A stretch of 61,686 bases of DNA, filler included, from Globobulimina sp. (lineage: Eukaryota), in the NCBI GenBank assembly GCA_003354225.1. It is 14 parts of 14 records of this genome, joined end to end, with 100 filler letters (N's around TTAATTAATTAA, not from the genome) between each part and the next. Parts side by side here need not be neighbours in the genome. Positions count along the whole stretch, not along the records: positions 1 to 4,318 come from PIVH01001358.1; positions 4,419 to 8,736 come from PIVH01001359.1; positions 8,837 to 13,154 come from PIVH01001360.1; 11 more parts are not named here. The stretch is one strand, 5' to 3'. The position numbers and the translations under genes are program-made. Shown here one piece after another: positions 1-10,905 of this stretch. The notes below the pieces were generated by a model. The model was not told where the DNA came from and searched no databases. It was given only the letters and a program-made list of their open reading frames with translations. How positions within the stretch are numbered: the first letter of the stretch is position 1; the number at the start of each line of letters is the position of its first letter.

Positions 1-380
1 CTTGGTCGATCATCATATCACCACACAAAGCACATTGATTTGCAGCATATTTGAATAAATCCGCCTTAAAATTGCTAGCTTAGTAAACTTGATGAAAAAT
101 CATTATAAATATTTTAAAAATATAGCTGATTCCGGATGTTATATATTTAATAGTACAAAATGCAGTGATTTCCCTGTTGATTGGGTTCATCGTGTTGGTG
201 ATATATGCAATGTGTATTATAAGATCACAATATCAGTTGATATTTGTTAGGTATATATTTTGTTCGAACTAATCTGAGATCATATATATGATCGGATCAG
301 GCCGGTATATCCTATCAGAAACACTATGTGCACAAAAAAGATAATTTGCAAATATATAAACAAAGTGTCATTTCAAACTC

Positions 381-3300
381 TCATGAAAAGTCATTCACAG
401 TTCGTTTGGTGAAATAGGTTGTCGCAGTTAGTCTGACATAACCAATTTCCCTCAGATATTTACTTGATTTTGATCTGATTACTATAATCTTGATGCTTAA
501 CACATCTTTATTTATCAAATTAACATATCCTTTTTTCGAAATTAATACTATTTTATCGCCACAATATAACATGCCATGAAAACCAAATCTTTCATCTTTT
601 AATGAAATATAAAATGAACATCCACCCTTTTCAGATATTTCACCGATTGAACCAATCTGAAATATATCATCTTTCATTTTGTCATCAACATTATTCAACA
701 AATTATTATCATCCTTTTTTAATTTTGTTATCTTTTCTTTAACATCTTTTACTTTTTTTACTTTATTCATGATAGTATCTGTAAATGTATTTTGCTTTAA
801 CGTTAACGCTTTAATTTCTAAAATTAACTTTTGTCGTTTTTCTTCATTTTCTTCTAAAACATGCGTATTTGCTTCAAATCGCGCTTTTTGTGAAACTTGA
901 TTTACATTCATCAACATATCATTTTTCATATCTTGTCTTTTTAAATTATATTCAGATTCTTTTTCTTTTTCTGATATTTGAATATTTGCGATTATTTTCA
1001 TTTCTTTTTCTTCATATTCTTTTTCTAAAATTTCCATTTGTTCTTTTAAGTCCAGTGATAAGTTATTTTTTTCATCGTCCAATTCTTGCTGTTTTCGTAA
1101 CAGTTCATCTGTAATTTGTTTCTTTTTCAACTTTTTTTCATATTCTAATTTATTTTCTGCACTTTTTTTTAATTTATCTCTGTGTATTTCTCTCCATCGT
1201 TTTTGAAATGAAATGATCCAAAAAGTTGCAGCAAATTCAATCTTTCTATAATTCAGGTTCTGCATAAAAAGTTTTGTTTTACCGAATTGAATATCTTCTT
1301 CTTTTAAATGATACAGTTTAATTAATAATGATTTTAACGCTTTGGCTGATTTTCTCCATTCTTTTTTATCAATTAATTTATATATTAAATCTCTGTCTGT
1401 TTTATCTCTTAAAGCATAAATATTTTGATTAACAAAATCATCAAACGATATCTGAACGTCATAGCCACATCGTCTTAATTCTAAATATCCGAAAATACCA
1501 CCAAATCTTAATTGTTTTGATATCTTTTCGTGCTCAAATATGCCTGCTTTTTTATCATTATTTGGTTTAATACAACGAATAAAATGTGGTTTGGTTGCAT
1601 TTATTGATTTTATTAAATGTTGCAATGATTTTAGGAAGACAGTTCCAACGCATTTATTTGAGGATTTATGTTTTCGTGTCTTTGTGTCAGATTTTTGCGG
1701 ATTAAATAATACCTTCATTATTGATAAATCACTTTGTTGAAGCATGGTTGTTGTACATTGAGTCAAAGCATCCAAGTTTTTAGCAAAAAAACCATTAATT
1801 TCATATTTTACATTTCCTGCAAAGTGTATAATTTCAAATTGCATGTTGTTTTTTCTTACTTTATTATAATTCTGATGTGACGAATGTGTTTGATGTAATC
1901 TTGAAGCTAAACTCCGATCATTTCCCTTTGGCAATGTCACTTCATCCTGAATTAAACGAATAATTCCATTCTTTGCATTTTCCAACAAACTGCATACTTT
2001 ATCATTATTTGTAAATTCAATGTGTGATAAATCAATACCTTCTTCTTCATACACTCTAACTTCTCTATCCCAGCAATATCGTTGAAAGTGATTTTGAAGT
2101 TTTTCGTTACAAAAATTAATGCAAAACTGTTCAAACATATTTTTGTCAAATATTTCAAATCCAAAAATATCCAAAACTCCGATCATTTTAAAAGTTTTTA
2201 TTTTATGTTTGTTCCCATCATTTAAAGTTTGATTTATTTTTCTCACCAAAAAATTAAATAATTTATCATATATATCCTTACAAATTGAGTCTCTTGAATT
2301 TATACAACCATCTTTTTCCAAAGGTGTCGATGTTTCTTGTTTTTGGATTTTAACTGTGTACACATTTTAAGATAACAAACATAGCAAACAATCAAATATG
2401 TAATCTTAACTTGTTTTGGTTGTAATATGTTTCTCAAATTCTTTTACATTCAACCCCAAAAATTGAGCACCAAATTCCATGGCTTCTTTATTTTTAATTT
2501 TAACAATATCCCCACTTGTTTCATATTGAATGTTTCCCGAATGTAATATCCCTGATAATATAGAAAATATTTCATTAATTTCAGATTGTGCAAAGCCAAA
2601 TACTTCAAAAGCATTCAATAAAATCTCAAATTCTTTCTCATCATTTATATTTTCTACATTTATACATTTCCCACCATTTAAATAATTAAAATGAGTCAGC
2701 GAATGCGTGTTTAATTGAAATTTATTCAACCACTCATACTTCGTGCCATTCTTTGCAGATTTACATAAAAAATAAAATATATGATACGATCTTGCATTTA
2801 TTGCTTGATATGATATTCTTGATTTTTCTAATAAATAATTAATAATATTTGCTCCAACTAATTCATAATTATTGTTCGAATCAAATAACATTGTCATCCA
2901 TTTACCAAATCGTGAAGAATTATTATTTCGCAAAGTTTTCGCGTTTCCGAAAGCCTCCAAAATCGGGTTACTGCTCATTAATTTGTTTGATATTTCTTCG
3001 CCATTTGTATCGGTTAAACATTGTCTGCAATAAAAAGAAAGATATACAAACTATAAAATAAAAATGAAAAAGTAAAGAGAAATACATACAAAATCAATTT
3101 GGTCGTTTCCGTTTTGCCAGATCCAGACTCGCCGCTTATACAAACACTTTGATTCATTTTATTGTTTCGCAAATTGTAGAATGACACAGCAGCGATTTGA
3201 AAAGCGTGTGGTGGTAAACGTTGTATTTTAAATAATGACTGTTTGCATTTTGTATATATATTAATGTCGGTTGGTATTGCTTTAAATGGATTTATTGCAA

Positions 3301-3616
3301 CTTGAACATCACCCATTAATGTATAGATTTTGTCACTTTTATAACGTGCTTCTAATAAATACATAATTTCATCTTCAGTGACTCGGCCAATGTCTAATAA
3401 ATTATTTGGTAAAGTTCTTCCTTTCCATTTGGTTTGCATTGCAATCGAAGACGCTCCGTTTTTTGTGTCATTTTTTGTTTCTTTGTTTTTCGGCTTACTT
3501 TTTGCTTTTGATTTTATTTTCACATTTTTCGATACTTTTCCATTTGTTTTATTGTGCGGTTGTTTTTGTTTGCGCCTTTTGACTCTTTCCTTCTTTACAT
3601 TTCTTGATTTTGACAT
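381..3616 (-). CDS. Myosin heavy chain (about 1037 aa; 3 exons; introns 3025-3089 and 2354-2410)
   Basis: P-loop GESGSGKT, switch [10 protein letters not shown], switch II DIFGFE, plus [17 protein letters not shown] and GKTKLF. GT-AG splicing joins the three ORFs in frame (KLILQCLTD; TTKTIKIQ). One IQ-like segment ([10 protein letters not shown]), then a coiled coil. Confidence 0.95.
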
Positions 3617-3962
3617 TGTTTGTTACATTTCACATTTTGCCATTTAGTCGGTTGGAATATTCTAAATATAGATCATAATCATAATCACAATCATTATGCA
3701 GTAGCTGCATAATCATAATCACATTGAAGTAAAACTAATTTAACTCACTTAACATTTATCAACTCAATAAAAAACGTGATGTTTATAAACCACCAAATTC
3801 CAATACTTATATGTCGCTAAATAGTTGGCTAAATAGTTACTCATTTTCGTTTTTGTAATCAAATAGTCACTAAATAGTCGCATAGTGACTAATTATCCAA
3901 CCTGTGTATGCTCATCAGAATGTGCATCAAATATTTTATGAATACAGCTTTTTTGTTTCAGA

Positions 3963-4037
3963 TTTTCGTGTTTTTGTTTCAGATTTTTTCGGATTAAATA
4001 ATATCGAAGATTTCTTAGATAAATCACTTTGTTAAAG
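3963..4037 (+). repeat. Degenerate direct copy of myosin coding segment 1671-1742
   Basis: ttttcgtgtttttgtttcagattttttcggattaaataat...gataaatcactttgttaaag aligns with ttttcgtgtctttgtgtcagatttttgcggattaaataat...gataaatcactttgttgaag. Confidence 0.8.
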
Positions 4038-4318
4038 AAGCAGCAATAAATATAATAGCTTTAGCATTATTTGGTGATATAGCCGCTATTCCCATGGGCA
4101 TTAGGACCGTGGTTATTCCCTAACTATTTCTGTATGATATTATTGACAAAAAAATAAGACTGACATGAATCTATACTTGAAACATACGTGACTTTGTCAA
4201 CAAAAAAACCTCAGTTCAAAGTAGCTTTACAGCTACAATGATGGGCTGATTACGTGTCACTTTAAATCCATATAAAATTAAGATGAGTTCAGACGAGAAA
4301 AAGAGTAAACATGCGATT

Positions 4319-4418
4319 NNNNNNNNNNNNNNNNNNNNNNNNNNNNNNNNNNNNNNNNNNNNTTAATTAATTAANNNNNNNNNNNNNNNNNNNNNNNNNN
4401 NNNNNNNNNNNNNNNNNN
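4319..4418. other. Artificial contig linker N44-TTAATTAATTAA-N44 (first of 13; others start at 8737, 13155, 17572, 21988, 26404, 30818, 35230, 39642, 44054, 48465, 52875, 57284)
   Basis: Identical 100-nt spacer with stop codons in all six frames. Intervening contigs decrease monotonically in length from 4318 to 4303 bp. Confidence 0.99.
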
Positions 4419-4807
4419 GTCGTCTATGAGGTGAGAACCCTGATATTAAGATTTTCTCGAAGTGAGCTAGTCGTCGTTTACTTAGAAAATAGATAGAGTT
4501 TGCGTTTGGATACTCAAAGCAATTTAAAATCATTACCTCCAGACTTGTTGGTAAATATGTTTACGGCGGGATAATAGATTTTATTTTTAACACAAATTCA
4601 CCATTTTTCCAAAAACAAACTGCTCAAAAATTACAATTCAATCGAACTCTGATTATATCGGACATTTTATCGTAATATCATATTTATATTATACAAACAA
4701 CATACTGTTTCATACTGTTTCATACTTTATTTTTGCTGTTCCTTTTCCTTTTGCTGTTTATAAATAATATAATTATTATAATCCATGCCTTATTTTATCT
4801 CCTTATT

Positions 4808-6100
4808 TTATCTCGATCCAAATAAATGAAATTTGGTGAGGCAGGCAAAATTTGCGTGCATATTACATTCCGCAAAACGGGTTCGTTGACTGGGTAATAT
4901 AATGTCAAACACCTTTTTTATATCGCTTAACCTATATTGACTAGTGAACCAGTATATTTTTGTTTTTCTATTTCTTATTAGTTGTGATTCCAATTTGTTT
5001 TCCATGTATGTTAATATCGCAGCGGTATACTTATAGTCATCGCCATAATGAGCTCTCACAAACTCACAGTCTGCAAAGAGGGGACATTTATTTATTGCTA
5101 TTCTATCCGCCAATAATTTGTGTTTAAATCGAATCATTTTATTGAATACAATTTTTTTACTGATTTTATCACAGAATGGAGGCACTGTGTGTTGTGGCAG
5201 CAAATGAGGATTGGGATTTGCCCAACGTTCATCCAAACAATTATTCACATTATAAAACAAGCGGAATGCACTGAATGCGTTCACCAATTTATTACTACCA
5301 TCTGCATCAAATTCGTCATATTGCGATATATCAATCACAAATATTAATACGTGGATAAAATCACATAATAATTTGCTATAATCACTGTAATTATAATTAT
5401 GATATTTACAGCCTTGAATGTCCCAGAAATTATAAATATTTTGTTCAATATATGCATTATTGAAATAATCATTAAGCTCTTCTTCTGACTCCATGAGATG
5501 TGGAGTGGCATAAATTGCCATCTCCGGATTCAAAAATTCATTCACATAAAAATACTTTATTTTATACGACGTAATGATTGGTTTCGCACAAAATAATACC
5601 AACAAATTGATAATATCAACGGGCAAATTATATTTAATGTATCCTTTCACCAACAATTCATAATTAATTATATTATTACGTTCTGGATCTTGTTTATTTT
5701 GATAATCGCCCATTGTTGCCATTGATTTAACAATTTTCTGAATTTCCTTTTTTTGCATAAAACATAATTCTTTTGGTTTTGCGATTTGGTGAATTAAATT
5801 TAAATATTTATAGGATGAATAACCATGTTTTGAGACTAATGATGAATGCGTATATTCCCTCACTACAAATTCTTCATTTAGATTATATTTGTATTCTTTG
5901 AAACATTCCTTATCTTTAATCTCTTGATTGACATTATTTTGGTCATTGTACATATTTACCAGTCTCTGAATCACTTCTGTTTTACCGCATTTTGGTTCGC
6001 CTATGAATAATATATTTTGTTCACAGATTTTTTTTTTAATCTCTGCTGCCAATGCTTTTGGTTTTACTTTGTGTTGTTGAAAATGTATTGTATTACCCAT
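4808..6100 (-). CDS. Highly divergent heterotrimeric G-protein alpha-subunit-like protein (probable pseudo-GTPase)
   Basis: MG N-terminus, G1 ILFIGEPKCGKT and G3 FWDIQG. G-alpha-like segments VLIFVIDISQYDE, NKLVNAFSAF, VFNKM, KIYWFTS and DIKKVFD occur in the canonical order. Confidence 0.75.
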   Translation of the reverse strand: MGNTIHFQQHKVKPKALAAEIKKKICEQNILFIGEPKCGKTEVIQRLVNMYNDQNNVNQEIKDKECFKEYKYNLNEEFVVREYTHSSLVSKHGYSSYKYLNLIHQIAKPKELCFMQKKEIQKIVKSMATMGDYQNKQDPERNNIINYELLVKGYIKYNLPVDIINLLVLFCAKPIITSYKIKYFYVNEFLNPEMAIYATPHLMESEEELNDYFNNAYIEQNIYNFWDIQGCKYHNYNYSDYSKLLCDFIHVLIFVIDISQYDEFDADGSNKLVNAFSAFRLFYNVNNCLDERWANPNPHLLPQHTVPPFCDKISKKIVFNKMIRFKHKLLADRIAINKCPLFADCEFVRAHYGDDYKYTAAILTYMENKLESQLIRNRKTKIYWFTSQYRLSDIKKVFDIILPSQRTRFAECNMHANFACLTKFHLFGSR

Positions 6101-6176
6101 GTTGAATTTAAAAAACTTTGAAGACAGACAGAGTGACAGACAGTAGCAAAAACTCTAAAGTGACAGTGCAATATCC

Positions 6177-8736
6177 ATGGCAATCCGTTTTTTGTTGCTG
6201 TACATTTTTTCAATCATATTATGTTTCTGTAAACAATCATTGTCACCAGAAAGATGGGCAACTGTATCACGAACAGATGCAAACGCAAGCACTTTTTCCT
6301 TACCACAAACATCACCAACCTTTAATTTACCATCTTCCTTGTCCAACAATGGCACCATACCCATTGTAGCTTATTACCAGCACGAGATCCATATTATTGA
6401 TACATTTAATAATGTAACATACTACACCAACACGCAACAACTAAATGATTGGGCGGTCACTACAGACAAAGAAATACCATTCGTCCCATCTTATACATCT
6501 TACCCTGCATATTTACCGGGTGTCAATGGCACCGCCCTGACAGAAATTACCTCTTTTTTTAATGGCGCCTGTTATACATTTAAATGTTATACCCAAATCG
6601 ATGAATTTTTATATATTTTATATGATTTAGCTCCATATATTATCACATTTGATTTAAGTAAAAGAGAATTTTCAACCACAAGCATTCCGAGCACATACGC
6701 CGGATATTATTGTTTAACCAATAACGGCTCGCATATATTTGCCATTGGTGGCTTTGTAAACATTTTAATAATCTCTGATTTAGCCTCATCGTCCGTTACC
6801 GTCCAATATTCCGCAGATTACCTAGCCAACGATGCCGATTTACCGTCCACTTGTTCTATGGACAACAGCCAAGAAAATATATACATTATTAACGATTTTG
6901 CGATATTTAAGTATTCCCTCTCAAACGACCTATTATCAGTGATATATGACCGAGATTATTCTTTGCCGTACAATGAATATTTTTTATATGATATATATCC
7001 ATATCCCGTAATATCCACCGATGCCACCGATCAAAATATAATTTGGATCCAATCATTATTCGATAAAAAGATATATCCCTTATCCGCGGAAACAAATAAA
7101 TTTCTAACTTGCCGCGTGGATGGCACATCCATCAAAGACCCACATTCACACAACGCATTAGTGTATATCGGCGATTATGTGTTCAAAATGGGTGGAATTG
7201 ATTTTGCTAACTCGATTGCCGTAGTTCCAAAGGGTGACACTAGTTTTTCCTATCAGTGGGACCCAGATTTTATTGACAGTATAAGTTTGATTGAGACGCA
7301 GTTCACAGACCATAGGTTTGTGATCGCTGACTGGTACCATCCTTTTTATCCACTTGGCATAAATTACACGGAGGGATTGGCAGAATTAGGCGATGTGACG
7401 GATGGATACATCCAAATCGAGCTAACTTCATTAGATTTCGACGTGGAAAATATTTTCATCAATATCTTTTCTTCGGAAATCGCACTGAATGACAAAGAAT
7501 GTCGCGTTTGTGCTGATGGCGACTACCTTAATTTAGATGTGGCGTTTTGTTCTAATGCATATGTTTCCTGTTTGGAGGAGGGTTTACGCACTGATTTATG
7601 GGCAATACAGGATGGTATTATCCCACTTGTAAATGAAGATAATTTAATCGACGTGGCACAGTTATCATATTCCATTGAGGCAGCGAGTACAGCTGCGACT
7701 GTGCCAAACTCTGCGGATCCTTCATTTGTATGCAATTCGTTCCCTATTTACCCCGTCTATTTAGCTATAAATATCTCTTTGACGTCGCACGAGTTTGTTG
7801 ATAAATTTTATTTTGTTGTTGATTATGAATATCAATGCAATGGTTGCAGTGTGGCGGATTTTAATGATGAATTATACGCGTTTTCCTCTTCGATTACCAT
7901 CGAATCCGAAGCGTTGGGCGTCAGTGCTATGACAATGGACATAGTGAATCAGAGAAATTGCACCTTTACAGAGAATGGCATCGAATATGAATGTCAGAAC
8001 TATTCATTAGAGACCTTATCTGAGCTGTATTTCGACGGTGAATATGCCGTATCATTGTCGTCCAGCGACACATTTTTGGAAAGCAATCAGATTTTATTAA
8101 GTATATCACCGGAAGCCACTCTGTGCCGTGTGGGCAGTGGCTACGCATCAGAGACGAATTCCTGCCATTTGTGTTTGGACGGCACCTTTTCGATGCAATC
8201 TGACCTGCGGCCATGTATAAGTTGTTCCGGTTTGGATGGCGTGACTTGTGAGGGCAGCAACAGTGTGACCGTATCCTTTCGATATTGGCTCTCCGGATAT
8301 CGGCAATCCACTGATGAGTACATCACGTTATTCGAAATGAATAATAACTCCATCTCTGATGTCAGCAACGATGACATATTAATATCCCATATTTGCGGTT
8401 ACGGGCAATGTTGTGATGAAATAGATGGCTGTGGCTATTCAGAGAATTTCTACAAAAATGCGTTATGTTCCAACAACAGAGACATTACAAGTGCTATGTG
8501 CACGGCGTGCATTGCTGGCGATTACGAGCTATTATCCACCAATGATTGCGGGTTTGTGCCATTTCTGTATTTAATTTATTTCATATTCCATCCTTGCACT
8601 TAATTATTTTGCCAAATGTGAACAGTGATTGTGTGCATTACGACAATATGTATTATTTAATTGGCATTTTTGCCATTGCCTTTTGCTTAGTGTTATATTT
8701 ATCATTCTGCGATGCCAAGCCATTGGACATTATGCT
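6177..8736 (+). CDS. Secreted/membrane Cys-rich receptor-like protein, 3' partial (intron 8552-8625)
   Basis: Signal peptide MAIRFLLLYIFSIILCFC, Kelch-like blades (IFAIGG, VFKMGG), GCC2/GCC3-like repeat CHLCLDGTFS..CISC, motif CGYGQCC..C..CSNNR..MCTAC. The spliced exon gives a TM helix (YYLIGIFAIAFCLVLYLSF). Confidence 0.8.
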
Positions 8737-9099
8737 NNNNNNNNNNNNNNNNNNNNNNNNNNNNNNNNNNNNNNNNNNNNTTAATTAATTAANNNNNNNN
8801 NNNNNNNNNNNNNNNNNNNNNNNNNNNNNNNNNNNNTGAGCACCGCAAAGATTGCATTGATGACAGTGCAAAAGTTCGTTTCCCTCAAGAAATGAATTGA
8901 GTTTATAATGTTTGAGCAAATTGATCACAATCCATATACATAAAAAGTGTAAATAAAGAAAGTTCGCCATTGTCCAACTGAGTGATTCTTAATCTTGAGT
9001 GCAAGGATAAAATTCGAGCACTTTGCAGTCTCAGTCACATCCGAACAACATTGTCACTGTCACACACATCAACATTCAACACAATATCATACACAAACA

Positions 9100-10536
9100 A
9101 TGCTAAATAATCACAATAATACTTACGGATCGTACGCATCATTCAACAACAACAATTATGCGAATTTGCGTGCCAATACCAGCAATAATAAAAATAATAA
9201 ATTATCCTCTTCCAACACAATAAGCCATGCGACACGCATCGAACCCACCAATTTATCGTACAAAGATTTGTTACGCAAACACCAATTTACACCGCAATCA
9301 GGTGACAGTACGCCGCAATCTTCGCCCATGAAACAAGAGTTTGATAAACAATCGGCAATTTCCACCATGTCACCGTTGGAATTAGAGCGAGAATCATATC
9401 GCCTTCAGCCAATTATCGAAGAGCCCAAAAAATCTGTCTCTGGCTACCAATTATTTGCGAAATGGAAAAGAAAAGAAAAACCCGAAGAAATCGACAATAA
9501 ATATCCACAATCAAAGGCATTAAGCATTGCTTGGAGCGAACTCACAAAAATAGAGAAAGATGGATGGAATAAACACTCTGAACACGCTAAAATGCAATAC
9601 ATCCAACAAAAGGAATTATGGCTCAAATATGTCCACGACGCCAAGCGATTGGTTTGTGTTTTTGTGCATTTTGTTCAGTTTGAAACTGAAATTGAAAAAA
9701 AACGCGTTTTTCTGCAAAAACGTTATTATTTTTTCAGTTTGAAACTGAGTGAGATATCGGATTTAAACTGAAAAACATTATAAAAACACTTTTTTTTTAT
9801 TTTGAAGGGCATCCCCGTACCAACAAAAAGCGTGAAACCAATGATCCAACAAATAAAAATCAAGAATTTGTTGCATTTGATCCCCGATATTTCCAAATTT
9901 AACAAAGAGACTCAATTTATAATCAGCAAAGCCACGGAAATGTTTATACAGTTTTATGCGTCCAAAGCCATCGAAATCCAACAAAAAACAAAGGCAAACC
10001 CAGACGCAAAAGACACTGATAATATAATAACGCCGTTGCATTGTTTCGATGCGTTACAAACGAGCCATCAATTTAATTTTTTACGTGCAGTGACTGTGAA
10101 GCCATCCATGCACAGAAAAACTACAAAAAAACGCAAACGCATCAAAAAGGACACAAATCACAGTCAAAATGAGTTGGAATTGGCCGCACCAAAAAAGAAA
10201 AGGAGATTACACCATACACAAACTAGCCGAAATAACGAGGAATTGACCAATCGGATCATAACTAATCATGTGTCTACAGAGCATGGCCAATACCCATATC
10301 CGGGCTATCCCTCATATGTTAGCACCGGGAGTGGCGGCTATGGCACAGGTTTGGGAGTAGGCGCTGCGACGTATTATCAGCACAATGGAATGAACGCAGT
10401 GACCCCATTTTCAGGCATCTATCAGCCACCGAATCCATTTACAAATTATTCAGCAATGAATAGTGGCGTTACGGGTGTCAACAATACGCAGACACAAATT
10501 GTAAATGTACAGCAAATATTTGGATCGGATGAATGA
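9100..10536 (+). CDS. HMG-box plus NF-YC/CHRAC/DPB3-like histone-fold protein (intron 9652-9807)
   Basis: HMG box PKKSVSGYQLF..ALSIAWSELTKIEKDGW..AKMQY. A phase-0 GT-AG splice joins it to a histone fold (IKNLLHLIPDISKFNKETQFIISKATEMFIQFYASKA..ITPLHCFDALQTSHQFNFL). Confidence 0.8.
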
Positions 10537-10905
10537 TATTTTACTTCAAATAAAAAGAGAAACGGATGGAGTTATAAGATGTTGAAAGATATAAAATGTG
10601 GATTTCAAAGCTGTAGTGTAGAATATATGGATATCGGTGTTTGTAATTATAATGAACAGATTGTTTGTGCAATTGAGTGTAATTTAAAATTCTTCGCACA
10701 CACAATTTCTGCAACAATTTGATTTCTTCTCGTAGTCCAACAGGATCCTAGCATTCAGTCAGAAGCAACTGTACTAATTCTTTAGTTGGAATAGTCTGAG
10801 TTATCGACAGAAAGACATGAATTCACAAAACAACAATGTGTCTATTCAGACGGTTACCTTCTGATTCCTTAGCATTTTATTATTGTTTGTATTAATATGT
10901 AGGCG

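Noticed and set aside
3817-3895. Short repeated aaatagt(t/c) units upstream of the myosin
   Set aside because: Too short and AT-rich to distinguish from chance or assign a function.
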